A DNA stretch of 64,000 nt from a virus (lineage: Duplodnaviria; Caudoviricetes): positions 32,001 through 96,000 of IMG/VR virus record IMGVR_UViG_3300028591_000100. The stretch is one strand, 5' to 3'. The translations under genes were made by a program, and so were the position numbers. Below the pieces are notes generated by a model. It saw only the letters and a list, made by a program, of their open reading frames with translations. It ran no database searches and had not been told where the DNA came from. Shown in pieces: positions 8,902 to 17,284 of this stretch (positions are counted from its first letter, which is position 1; each line of letters starts with the position of its first letter).

Positions 8902-9604
8902 CCTGTCCTATATATACTAATAAAAAAGATCCAAAAACTACAATATAATTTAATATGTTTCAAACAGTGAACTAGAACTTAGTTCTAGTCCTGTTCTTTG
9001 GTTATCTGGTCTTAAATACTAGGTAGCTGAAGAAGAGGACTAGATAATCTAGTATCAAAAACTAGCTTCTCAAAGCGCCGAAGGCGCGGGGGTGGGTGGT
9101 CGGGGGAGTAGTATTTTATTTTCTGGGGGGTATTTTTTTTAGCGTAGGGGGGGGGAGCTTTTTTCGTAGACGGGGGGCCGTTTTTTCTTCCGCGCGCCGC
9201 AATTTTTTCAGGGGGGACCCCCTTTTTTACCTAAACCGCCGCCGATTTTGCGTACGAAGTCCCCTTTTAGCGTACGTCCACCCCTAAAATCGCCTCCTAA
9301 AGCCTTTTTTATTTAGCGTAGGTATAATTTATCCTGTTTCCCCCAAAATCGTCTCTATCGTCCTAAAACACCCCTAAAACGAGCTGATACGCGTTTCGTC
9401 GACTCTCTTTACGTACGTGCGCACGCCCCTACCTTTTAATATAAGGCCCTTTTTAGCCCCGCCAGGCCTTTTTTTCTTTTCTGCCCACCCCTTTATTTAT
9501 CCTGCCCCTGCCCCGCAGCCCCTAGCAGCCGTATTTAGCGTACGAGGTCATCTAGTATTGAAAACTAGATAGCGTGAGCTTGAAGACTAGGTGCCCTGGT
9601 AAAT
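8902..9604. other. non-coding convergence locus with G-run/C-run polarity switch, T-tracts and repeated boxes (candidate genome end/packaging or replication site)
   Basis: between two convergent terminators; palindromes at 8971-8989 and 9075-9087; TTTAGCGTA x4. Confidence 0.5.
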
Positions 9605-9630
9605 AAAAAAAGAGGACCCTCTAGTCCTCT
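9605..9630 (-). terminator. Rho-independent terminator ending the - strand block
   Basis: AGAGGAC/GTCCTCT stem with A-run on + side. Confidence 0.7.
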
Positions 9631-10010
9631 TGATTTTCTGTATTCTTTGTGGCTGCTTCCTTTGTAGCTTCCGCCATCTGCTTTAATCTGTCTTGGGCTT
9701 CCTCTTCCCCAAACAATGGTGCCAGCATAATAAACTGTTGTAGGCCCTCTTTGTCCTTAAGGTTTAGAGTTATATGTCCCATAGCTCGAAGCTCATAGGT
9801 ATCCTTGCTAGCTTCCTTAGGAACTAAAGTTACCCAGCCCTTCAGATAGTCTATGATCTTGGCCGCGTAGTCCTTGGCCCCCGTTACTTTGATGAGCTCG
9901 CTTCTAAGCTCGTTCATAACTCTAGCCTTCTCGTCTTGAAGCTGATCAATCTTCGCTTGGGCTGCCTTAAGCTCCCCTAATACATATTCCTCACATGTCT
10001 TTGGTTCCAT
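9621..10010 (-). CDS. hypothetical coiled-coil protein
   Basis: AGGAG SD. Confidence 0.7.
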   Translation of the reverse strand: MEPKTCEEYVLGELKAAQAKIDQLQDEKARVMNELRSELIKVTGAKDYAAKIIDYLKGWVTLVPKEASKDTYELRAMGHITLNLKDKEGLQQFIMLAPLFGEEEAQDRLKQMAEATKEAATKNTENQED

Positions 10011-10263
10011 GCTTCTCTATCTCCTTTCTAATGTCATCTATAATACTTACAGGAGGGTCCTGTGGCTCCACCATGTCCACACCGTAATACCTACATAGCT
10101 TTGACAGCAACTTATCGTCGTCAATGTAATACAGTTCATCCTCATGAACAGCATTCAGTATTAGCTGCCCCAGCCTTAAATCTGGATGCGTGCACCAGAT
10201 CAACCAGATGGTCTCCATGACCTTACGATCAAAGTTTTCAAACCAGTGTTCTTTAAATTTCAT
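9991..10263 (-). CDS. hypothetical protein (WxxxPDLRLGQL motif)
   Basis: GGAGGG SD; motif recalled from phage small proteins. Confidence 0.75.
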   Translation of the reverse strand: MKFKEHWFENFDRKVMETIWLIWCTHPDLRLGQLILNAVHEDELYYIDDDKLLSKLCRYYGVDMVEPQDPPVSIIDDIRKEIEKHGTKDM

Positions 10264-10274
10264 GGCTTCCCTCC

Positions 10275-10694
10275 TTACAGAAACAGACGCTTGAGCATCT
10301 CTATCTCAGGCTCTGTGTATTTTCTTCTCTTTAATTCTTCTTCAATGTCAATTAAATCTACATGGTACCCGTTAACCATTTTTTTGAGAGTGTTCTTACA
10401 GCAAGCCTTGAATTCATTTCTCCGCTTGGTGCTCTGAATGTTATCTGTTGCCCGATAGTATTCCCCCATGAGACTGCACAAGCACTCTACTCCAAACATC
10501 TTTATGATTTCTTCTGGCAGCTGCTTAAAGTTCTCTACGGTGAACGCACGGTCTGGGAACCATCCTTGGTATATCTCTGCGTACTTGGCTAATGGGTCAT
10601 GACCGAGGATACGGGCTGATTCAGCTAGGGACCTCCCGAGGGCGTCTATCCCTTTCATCCGCTCAATGCCTACCTCTACCTCTTTCTTTGTCAT
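10275..10694 (-). CDS. hypothetical protein
   Basis: 139 aa ORF with purine-rich SD. Confidence 0.7.
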   Translation of the reverse strand: MTKKEVEVGIERMKGIDALGRSLAESARILGHDPLAKYAEIYQGWFPDRAFTVENFKQLPEEIIKMFGVECLCSLMGEYYRATDNIQSTKRRNEFKACCKNTLKKMVNGYHVDLIDIEEELKRRKYTEPEIEMLKRLFL

Positions 10695-10769
10695 TCCTTG
10701 CTTTCCCCCTTATCTGGTCTTAAATACGCGCACGCGCATTACGTATACGTGAAGACCTAGTATTGAAAA

Positions 10770-11108
10770 CTAGATATCCTCTTCTTGTGAATCCTTTTTC
10801 CAGTCCTCTAGATTTAACGGAACTGATTTAGCTGCAGGCTCCACATATACCTTAATCTGTTCTAGCTCTTCAGGTGTTAACATGTCTCCTCTTGATTTAT
10901 CATGTCCATAGACTCTAGGTAACTTAGATGTATCTGATTCTTTTGGTGTCTGCGATGCTGTAACGATACAAAGGTCTAAATCTTTAGAAACCTGCCGAAG
11001 CTCGAATAAGTCCTTTGCGGTTAGAAGTGACCCCTTATGCTTTAACGTATAAAGCACATTTCCTCTTCTATCAATGACTTGTCCGTTTTTTAAAGTGCAT
11101 ACTCTCAT
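10770..11108 (-). CDS. hypothetical protein
   Basis: AGGAGG SD. Confidence 0.7.
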   Translation of the reverse strand: MRVCTLKNGQVIDRRGNVLYTLKHKGSLLTAKDLFELRQVSKDLDLCIVTASQTPKESDTSKLPRVYGHDKSRGDMLTPEELEQIKVYVEPAAKSVPLNLEDWKKDSQEEDI

Positions 11109-11111
11109 AAT

Positions 11112-11405
11112 CTAATCCTCCTTATGAAAACTTTGGGTTTTCTCAAGCTCCTCTAAAATTTCAGAAATCTTAGCCTCGTAATAAGCTTCAACTATTAAAG
11201 GATCAGTTGCTGGCTTTTCGCGATGCTGAAGATATGTAATAGGAGCTGAAAGTTTTCTATCTATAACCTCGCCCTCTTTAATATACTGGTTAAAGAGCAG
11301 CTCTGCGTTTGCAGGAGTTACCTCTTTCCCAGCTAAGTTAATTATCTCAAAGACGTTACCTAAACTGTCACTGCCAAAAATTTTTCCGTTTACTAATTCG
11401 ATCAT
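11112..11405 (-). CDS. hypothetical protein
   Basis: AGGAGG SD; first gene after promoter 11454-11484. Confidence 0.75.
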   Translation of the reverse strand: MIELVNGKIFGSDSLGNVFEIINLAGKEVTPANAELLFNQYIKEGEVIDRKLSAPITYLQHREKPATDPLIVEAYYEAKISEILEELEKTQSFHKED

Positions 11406-11453
11406 GCTTTCCTCCTAAGTTAAAAATTTAAGTTAAACTTTTCCTTATCCACT

Positions 11454-11484
11454 TATATTATAGCAGAATAAAAGTAAAAGTCAA
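11454..11484 (-). promoter_or_regulatory. phage conserved promoter (TTGACT-N16-TATAAT, TTCTGC before -10)
   Basis: one of 10 near-identical copies. Confidence 0.8.
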
Positions 11485-11489
11485 GGCTA

Positions 11490-11770
11490 GAATTAAAGTA
11501 AAGAGGATAAAAAGAAAATAAAAGAAAGAAAGAAACAAAGAAAGAAAAAGTATATATATAAATATATATACTAAAAAGAAAAACAGGAGCAAGCCCCTCA
11601 CTACGTTCGGAGAAATCAAAACTTCCTCGGACTTCGTCCCGAGCGTTAGTTGACGGAATGTCGCTTTCGCTTTTTTCGCTAACGCGCGGAGGCTCACGCG
11701 TACCCTTTCCGCTTCAGTCGGTCCCTAACCAAGCTACCGCAGGTCAGTGACCTCCTTACGCGTGGGTAAT
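11490..11770. other. non-coding element: A-rich tract, AT palindrome and GC-rich multi-hairpin (candidate origin or ncRNA)
   Basis: perfect inverted repeats 11549-11572, 11643-49/11679-85, 11695-702/11757-64, 11741-53. Confidence 0.45.
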
Positions 11771-11785
11771 TTCTGAAAAAATGGA

Positions 11786-12025
11786 TTAGACGCCAAACAC
11801 GTAAAGTGTTAGGAATACGTAGGTCAAGATATGCAGAGATAGGACGATGGCGAGACCGATGCATCCTGTAAGGAAATCACGAACGGATTCAAAACGTCCA
11901 CGAAGAGGTCTGCGGTCTCTGAAGATGTCAGCGAGGGCCTCAATAAGAGCTACGGCTAGAATTAGCGCGGCAATGCCTAATATAAATGTGTAAATGCTCC
12001 AAAGCACCCATCCAAATGTGATCAT
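11786..12025 (-). CDS. small two-TM membrane protein
   Basis: GGAGGTG SD; two hydrophobic segments. Confidence 0.7.
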   Translation of the reverse strand: MITFGWVLWSIYTFILGIAALILAVALIEALADIFRDRRPLRGRFESVRDFLTGCIGLAIVLSLHILTYVFLTLYVFGV

Positions 12026-12216
12026 TCTTCTTCACCTCCGTCGTCTTCCTCGTCCTCAGTTTCGTGGTCAGAGTAGTCTTCGTCTGACGCATTTTCGTGG
12101 GAACGAATGTCCTGAAGGTAAGCACCGATGCCGTAGCCGCAAATAAATGCGCCAAATCCTGTGCAGACGATGATTTCTATTAGCCACCATACTTCCATAC
12201 TAATAACTGTGTTCAT
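12022..12216 (-). CDS. single-TM protein with acidic tail
   Basis: GAGGG SD; ATGA overlap with next gene. Confidence 0.7.
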   Translation of the reverse strand: MNTVISMEVWWLIEIIVCTGFGAFICGYGIGAYLQDIRSHENASDEDYSDHETEDEEDDGGEEE

Positions 12217-12220
12217 GTTT

Positions 12221-12517
12221 TTATCCCTCGACTTTCTTCTTATAATAATTAATTAGGTAATCTAAATACCAACGTGCTTTCTCTAGGTCTTGAATTGCCT
12301 TGTGGTTTGTGTCAAGATCAGATGATGCTTTCTTACCTGCGCGGGATACATATTTAATAACGTTGCCTTTGCAGAATCCCTCAGCTAAACCTTTGTCTGC
12401 TATGTAGTCCATGACTTCGATAGAGCCATCAGTATAGTGAGATGGATGAGACACAGGGTCTGATGTTTGCTGTGTCTGTGATGTTTGATGATTCTTTAAA
12501 ATATCTTTTGTATTCAT
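12221..12517 (-). CDS. DUF3310-type phage protein
   Basis: DPVSHPSHY...FCKGNVIKYVSRAGKK...DLEKARWY signature. Confidence 0.85.
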   Translation of the reverse strand: MNTKDILKNHQTSQTQQTSDPVSHPSHYTDGSIEVMDYIADKGLAEGFCKGNVIKYVSRAGKKASSDLDTNHKAIQDLEKARWYLDYLINYYKKKVEG

Positions 12518-12526
12518 GTTTACTCC

Positions 12527-12733
12527 TTATGATAAAAGTGTTAAGCCTCGCAAAACATTTTTAAGACGCTTCTTTAGTTCCTCTTGCATGTCTTCATAAT
12601 ACACGATGACAGGTCCTTTAAAATAGTCTTCGCCCTTACAAACGACTTGCTGTTCCACATATTTATAAACAACCGCCTCGACAATGTTGTCTATAACATC
12701 GTCTACAGGTACGGCTAAATTATACTTGTCCAT
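12527..12733 (-). CDS. hypothetical protein
   Basis: GAGGAGG SD before ATG 12733. Confidence 0.65.
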   Translation of the reverse strand: MDKYNLAVPVDDVIDNIVEAVVYKYVEQQVVCKGEDYFKGPVIVYYEDMQEELKKRLKNVLRGLTLLS

Positions 12734-12737
12734 AGGT

Positions 12738-13241
12738 TTATTCCTCCTCGTCAAATAGTTCATGTAGTAGGTCATAAAAACCTAAAGACACTCTGACACT
12801 CATAAGTACTTGCCCCAAAAGATTTTGTCCAGTGCCTTCTTTACCAATTCCCCAGATATAATCAAATGGAGAATCTTCGAATATATTAGCTTCACCTGTG
12901 CTTTGTAAAATCTTTTTAAGGTCAGGATTTTGGTAAAATTTGTCATACACGATATCCAGCATGATTTCAAATCTTCTTTCTGACCAAACCTTATCATCGT
13001 AGTTTTTAACCTGTCTACCTAGCTTTTTGATTTTATATGGTTCAGTTTCAGCTTTTATTTTTTCCGCTGTCTCGGTGTCTTCAAATTCCATAGCCTTGGC
13101 CCACATGAACGCTTGTTCAGAACAATTAAATATCTGATTTTGCCATACAAACCTACATGGGTAGAAGTTGCTGAAACAACCGTATGGGCCGTCTGTTCCC
13201 CAAAAGCCGATTCCTGAAGGTGATGTGTTTTCTTTTCCCAT
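12738..13241 (-). CDS. NADAR (YbiA-like) family hydrolase
   Basis: FSNFY, SEQAFMWAKA, KKLGRQV, KFYQN, EDSPFDYIWGIG, GQNLLG motifs. Confidence 0.9.
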   Translation of the reverse strand: MGKENTSPSGIGFWGTDGPYGCFSNFYPCRFVWQNQIFNCSEQAFMWAKAMEFEDTETAEKIKAETEPYKIKKLGRQVKNYDDKVWSERRFEIMLDIVYDKFYQNPDLKKILQSTGEANIFEDSPFDYIWGIGKEGTGQNLLGQVLMSVRVSLGFYDLLHELFDEEE

Positions 13242-13261
13242 TTTTCTACTCCTCCTTCTCC

Positions 13262-13462
13262 TTAAGATTTTAATATCTGGATACTTTCAACTGAAGCGGC
13301 AGTGAAACGGATTTCTCCTCCGAATCTGTTGTCTATTAAAGTATAGGCACCATCTGGTGTCCGTTGTAGAACACCATAAAATGCAGTACGGCCCCACAGA
13401 GGTCGTTTTAGGATTACTTCACATTCTAGTCCAATATAAGATAATAATTTTGTTTCTTCCAT
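13262..13462 (-). CDS. small Sm/LSm-like protein resembling the RimP C-terminal domain
   Basis: YIGLECEVILKRPLWGRTAFYGVL resembles the RimP-C pattern (G..V.V.L..P..GR..F.G.L). Confidence 0.55.
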   Translation of the reverse strand: MEETKLLSYIGLECEVILKRPLWGRTAFYGVLQRTPDGAYTLIDNRFGGEIRFTAASVESIQILKS

Positions 13463-13464
13463 AC

Positions 13465-13620
13465 TTATTCACCACTTTTCTTTGTCCCTATAAATGTTTC
13501 GATAATAAAAATTAACTCATCTCTTGTCTGATTGATATTTACGTTAGGGCCTAAGTTCCATGAGATGTAGGCTTGCAACTCTCTCTTAGGCATTTTTCTT
13601 AATTCTTCTTCTGTGTACAT
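13465..13620 (-). CDS. 51-aa protein, Rho-N/HeH-like (MYTEEELRKMPKRELQAYI...TRDELI)
   Basis: read manually; AGGAG SD; first gene after promoter 13641. Confidence 0.6.
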   Translation of the reverse strand: MYTEEELRKMPKRELQAYISWNLGPNVNINQTRDELIFIIETFIGTKKSGE

Positions 13621-13640
13621 GTGTATTCTCCTTTTTCAAT

Positions 13641-13671
13641 TATATTATAGCAGAATAAAACCAGATGTCAA
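13641..13671 (-). promoter_or_regulatory. phage conserved promoter (TTGACA-N16-TATAAT)
   Basis: matches the 10-copy motif. Confidence 0.8.
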
Positions 13672-13687
13672 TCTTGGTTATTGGTTT

Positions 13688-14032
13688 TTAAAATTCTAAA
13701 CTTTTAACCACATCTAATACTTTGATTTTTTCAATCTCCTTTTCGTGAGAAGAAATATGTTTTTTATATTGTTCAATAGTTTCATTTTCTCTTTCTATCA
13801 AAAGATTCCTATAATGTTCTAACTTATCATTTGAAAGCGAAAACATATCTCTGCCATAAAAAAGCGAGTTTATTTGATCTAAGCTATCTTTTCTTACGGT
13901 AACGCTGCAAAGAGCCCCTTGCCCTCTGGCAATTTTATATGTTTTATCTTTCTCTTCTGCTTCTAATTCAAAAATTCCTATTGCTTCCCCTATACCAGTA
14001 AAAAAGGTTCTTCTATATAAATAAATTTTCAT
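13688..14032 (-). CDS. hypothetical protein
   Basis: GGGAG SD; ATGA overlap. Confidence 0.7.
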   Translation of the reverse strand: MKIYLYRRTFFTGIGEAIGIFELEAEEKDKTYKIARGQGALCSVTVRKDSLDQINSLFYGRDMFSLSNDKLEHYRNLLIERENETIEQYKKHISSHEKEIEKIKVLDVVKSLEF

Positions 14033-14277
14033 TTGCTCTTATCTCCCTGTAACTCTGTAAATTCCTTATCATTTATTCTCACAACACTTGGTGTACGTTC
14101 TATAGAAGTCATCAATGCATTGTTAAGACTCATATTTGAAATCTCTAACCTTATATTATATAATTCAGCTCTAAGCGTATTGTTTTTTTCTTTCAAATAA
14201 ACATTTTCAATAGTCAATTCTTTATTTTCTGCTCTTAATCTATCTAATTCTTCTTTTAGTTTATTTTGTCTATACAT
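14029..14277 (-). CDS. hypothetical coiled-coil protein
   Basis: probable ATG 14277 overlapping the previous gene's end; start uncertain. Confidence 0.55.
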   Translation of the reverse strand: MYRQNKLKEELDRLRAENKELTIENVYLKEKNNTLRAELYNIRLEISNMSLNNALMTSIERTPSVVRINDKEFTELQGDKSK

Positions 14278-14536
14278 CCTCTTCCACCTCGATTTCATCA
14301 TCCATATTGGTATCTTTAAAAATATCAATTATAACTTTATTTACGTCATCTTCACTATAATCCATACAAGGTGGAAATTTTGGTTCTTTTCCACCATAAT
14401 GCCTTACTTCTTTGGGACAATCAAAACTGCTTCCGTCCGCATAATCAGCATGCTCATAAGGACAATATTTACATTTGTTGTCACCAATTATATTTAAAAT
14501 TTCTTCATCAGCTAAATCACCGATTTTCTTTTTCAT
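14270..14536 (-). CDS. hypothetical Cys-containing protein
   Basis: ATG 14536; CKYC...C...C. Confidence 0.65.
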   Translation of the reverse strand: MKKKIGDLADEEILNIIGDNKCKYCPYEHADYADGSSFDCPKEVRHYGGKEPKFPPCMDYSEDDVNKVIIDIFKDTNMDDEIEVEEDV

Positions 14537-14556
14537 ATTATTCACTTCTATTTTTC

Positions 14557-14805
14557 CTAAAAACAAGCACAATCAAGTACCCATTTATTGTAAAAGTTGT
14601 CGTATACTTTGAAATAATATCTAATACCTTTTAATATAAAATAATTGCCATTTCTTGATTGTTTATATTTGATTGTATGTTGTGTGCCTTTATAACTAAA
14701 TGCAATTTCTTGATATATTGTAGATATGGCACATTCACTTTTTATTTCTTCACCATATTTATTGATAGCTGTTAATTCTAATTTACCCATATTACTCATT
14801 CTCAT
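14557..14805 (-). CDS. hypothetical protein
   Basis: ORF in tightly packed run; start uncertain. Confidence 0.6.
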   Translation of the reverse strand: MRMSNMGKLELTAINKYGEEIKSECAISTIYQEIAFSYKGTQHTIKYKQSRNGNYFILKGIRYYFKVYDNFYNKWVLDCACF

Positions 14806-15040
14806 CCTTTAACTCAATAATATTTAAAATTGTAAAATATTTTTGCAAATTTCTGTAATAACTATTGTGACGAGCTTCTTCTTGTTTCTTTTTTGCATAC
14901 TCTTGGAATTTCTCGTAGGCTTCCTTCTTTGAAGAAGCCTCTAACTCATAATTATTTAATCCTGTGTTTGTTACAGTTGAACCACTGTACTCATTATAAA
15001 ATGAAGAATACCCTTCATAAACAATTATATATTTATTCAT
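14792..15040 (-). CDS. hypothetical protein
   Basis: ORF in tightly packed run. Confidence 0.65.
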   Translation of the reverse strand: MNKYIIVYEGYSSFYNEYSGSTVTNTGLNNYELEASSKKEAYEKFQEYAKKKQEEARHNSYYRNLQKYFTILNIIELKDENE

Positions 15041-15043
15041 AAT

Positions 15044-15217
15044 CTATTCGCTCTCATTCTTTAAATATTTTTCTACTTTATCAACATCCAGTAAATGCAT
15101 TAGGTCCAACCAAGTTATCACATTTGTAATGTCTTTGTCATCTGTATTATTTTCTTTACACCATTTTTCAAATAATTTAGCAACCTTATGTCTTTGACTA
15201 TAAAATAATATTCCCAT
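15044..15217 (-). CDS. 57-aa hypothetical protein (MGILFYSQRHKVAKLF...)
   Basis: read manually; fills the gap between neighbours. Confidence 0.55.
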   Translation of the reverse strand: MGILFYSQRHKVAKLFEKWCKENNTDDKDITNVITWLDLMHLLDVDKVEKYLKNESE

Positions 15218-15237
15218 ATCTATTCATTTATCCTCTC

Positions 15238-15528
15238 TTAAATTTCTTCTAAGATGATAGACTCTCTTTCTTCATCTATAGCATCTTTTAATTTTTGTGC
15301 AGCCTCTAAATGAAGAAAACTAAAATAATCATAATTATTATAACCTTTATATGTAACAATTAAGATAGGTACGTCAAAAGGCTTACTCTTAATAATTTTA
15401 GTTTCCGCAACATTGTTTAAATTAAGGGTTAATACTGTATATGGCATCTTAAATATAATATCAATTGTTCTAGGATATTCTTGCATAACTCCATTAGACA
15501 CTTTAAAAAGTCTTAATAATTCAGCCAT
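15238..15528 (-). CDS. hypothetical protein
   Basis: GAGGTG SD. Confidence 0.7.
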   Translation of the reverse strand: MAELLRLFKVSNGVMQEYPRTIDIIFKMPYTVLTLNLNNVAETKIIKSKPFDVPILIVTYKGYNNYDYFSFLHLEAAQKLKDAIDEERESIILEEI

Positions 15529-15530
15529 CT

Positions 15531-15791
15531 TTATTCACCTCTATTCTCTTGATATCTATAAGGCTCATATTCATTGTTATTAGCCTTTCTCACATAAACA
15601 TTATAGTCAGCTTTTTTATCTAGCTCAAGCTGTCTATTTACTTCAGCATTACAATTAGGACAGTTATGTACACCGCTTGTCATCATCATACTTCCGTATA
15701 CAGCATGGCTACCACAATGAGGGCAAATACAAACACAATCCATTTCATTTTCAGCTTCTTGAATTACTTTAATTCTTCCTATATGTTTCAT
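15531..15791 (-). CDS. zinc-ribbon hypothetical protein
   Basis: CPHC...CPNC; AGGTGG SD. Confidence 0.7.
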   Translation of the reverse strand: MKHIGRIKVIQEAENEMDCVCICPHCGSHAVYGSMMMTSGVHNCPNCNAEVNRQLELDKKADYNVYVRKANNNEYEPYRYQENRGE

Positions 15792-15797
15792 ACTTAA

Positions 15798-16283
15798 TTA
15801 CCACCTTGTATATCCGTTTGCTGTCGGTACTTGTAGTATATCAGAATCGTCTGGTTCTGTCTGGCCTTTGAATAAAACTCCACATTCCTTATTGATGTAT
15901 GCAAGCAACCCTCGATAGCCCCATTCTGGAAGATTCATTTGCGGCACTTTTTGTTTAACAACTTCTTTTGTTTTTTCACTTAATTGAAAATTTAGTGCAT
16001 ACTCAATAAGCCATTTATCCCATAGGACATTTTCTTCATCTGTCCACTCTTTGTTGTGAGGGTGGCCGCAGCAATTATTATAATATTGTATTACTTCTTT
16101 TGCTTTCGCATGTTTATACTGTTCTTTGTATAGCTTTGTTTGGACTAGTTCCATGATCATATTTGAATAATCTAGCTCTAAACCTTTATCCATAATATAC
16201 ATTTTAACAATATCCTGTTCTTTCATGCCCATGCCAAATGCAGAATACCATTCTAAATATTCTTTTAATGATTGCATTTCCAT
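15798..16283 (-). CDS. hypothetical protein
   Basis: AGGAGGT SD. Confidence 0.75.
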   Translation of the reverse strand: MEMQSLKEYLEWYSAFGMGMKEQDIVKMYIMDKGLELDYSNMIMELVQTKLYKEQYKHAKAKEVIQYYNNCCGHPHNKEWTDEENVLWDKWLIEYALNFQLSEKTKEVVKQKVPQMNLPEWGYRGLLAYINKECGVLFKGQTEPDDSDILQVPTANGYTRW

Positions 16284-16308
16284 TATCTAAGATACCTCCT
16301 TCAATGCT

Positions 16309-16635
16309 TCAAATAAATAGTTTATTATTTAAGTCCATTATTAGTTCTCGAAGTAAAGACCTCTTAGCAAGTTCTTCAGCTTGACAAGAAACTTCTTTTA
16401 TAAACTCATTTAATACATTATTCTTACATTCCTCTATATTGCAGTTGTTATGCTTTGTATAACACATAAAATAAATAGGTTCATAGGTTGTATCAAAACC
16501 ATCTCTATGAATTACTCCAGACTCAAAACCTATTACAATGTCATTAGCCAATACGTCAATCTGGACCTTAGGTCTAGGTAACTGACCACAATATTGTTCA
16601 GCTAATTCTTCCATACTACAAACCTGATGCTTCAT
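16309..16635 (-). CDS. hypothetical protein
   Basis: AGGTG SD. Confidence 0.7.
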   Translation of the reverse strand: MKHQVCSMEELAEQYCGQLPRPKVQIDVLANDIVIGFESGVIHRDGFDTTYEPIYFMCYTKHNNCNIEECKNNVLNEFIKEVSCQAEELAKRSLLRELIMDLNNKLFI

Positions 16636-16719
16636 TTTAATTCACCTGCTTTCCATTCTGTTTTTAGTATTTCAAATTCTTCTTGGGATTCAATTCGTAG
16701 CCCATCCTGGAATTTCCAC

Positions 16720-16908
16720 TTATTTTCCCTCCTGAGGCTCATCGAACACATATTTAACAATACTGGCGTCTAGTAGCGCCTGTTTAAATAAGTCCTCATG
16801 ATGATTAATATAACCAATTAGGTAATGTGTCACTTGGTTTTCAGTATCATACACACAGATAGCTTTCTTTTTTCTATCAGGACATTTAACAATTTCAATT
16901 ACATACAT
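16720..16908 (-). CDS. hypothetical protein
   Basis: AGGAG SD. Confidence 0.65.
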   Translation of the reverse strand: MYVIEIVKCPDRKKKAICVYDTENQVTHYLIGYINHHEDLFKQALLDASIVKYVFDEPQEGK

Positions 16909-17252
16909 GACTTTTTCTCCTTTTTATAGGTTACCCATTTTCCTGCATCTACTTGTTTAAAATCTAGGGTTGAATTTTTAGATAAAATGTAGCGCTGAGC
17001 ATCCTCTAATGTGTAGAACCATGACTCGCCTAATTCGCTAAAGTCATAATCAGGATAGATTGCCCAATTAGGAAACTCTAGGTTTAGCTGTGTAGTAAAA
17101 GATTTTTCGCCAACCAAGTAAACAGGTTCTTTATAAATTGCATTAAACAAATAGTTTTTATTTTCTGAATAATGCAGAATATAAACAATGTCACCAACGT
17201 GTGGTTTCAAATTATAGCGTTTTTTGTTGTTTTTCAAACGTTTTTTAAGCAT
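16899..17252 (-). CDS. hypothetical protein
   Basis: GGGAGG SD. Confidence 0.7.
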   Translation of the reverse strand: MLKKRLKNNKKRYNLKPHVGDIVYILHYSENKNYLFNAIYKEPVYLVGEKSFTTQLNLEFPNWAIYPDYDFSELGESWFYTLEDAQRYILSKNSTLDFKQVDAGKWVTYKKEKKSCM

Positions 17253-17284
17253 TTTTCTGTTCCTCCCTACTTTCAGATTTTATT

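Noticed and set aside
9096-9287. 63-aa + strand ORF in the convergence locus
   Set aside because: Low-complexity G/F/R translation of homopolymer runs, no SD, lies beyond the terminator.
11458-11697. 79-aa hydrophobic - strand ORF
   Set aside because: The F/L/I richness is a by-product of the A-rich tract; no SD, and it runs over a conserved promoter.
16632-16742. Programmed -1 frameshift at G-GGA-AAA just before the stop of 16720..16908
   Set aside because: The -1 frame gives only ~20 unremarkable codons and no downstream structure is evident; the longer open frame is +1 and looks like a gene remnant.
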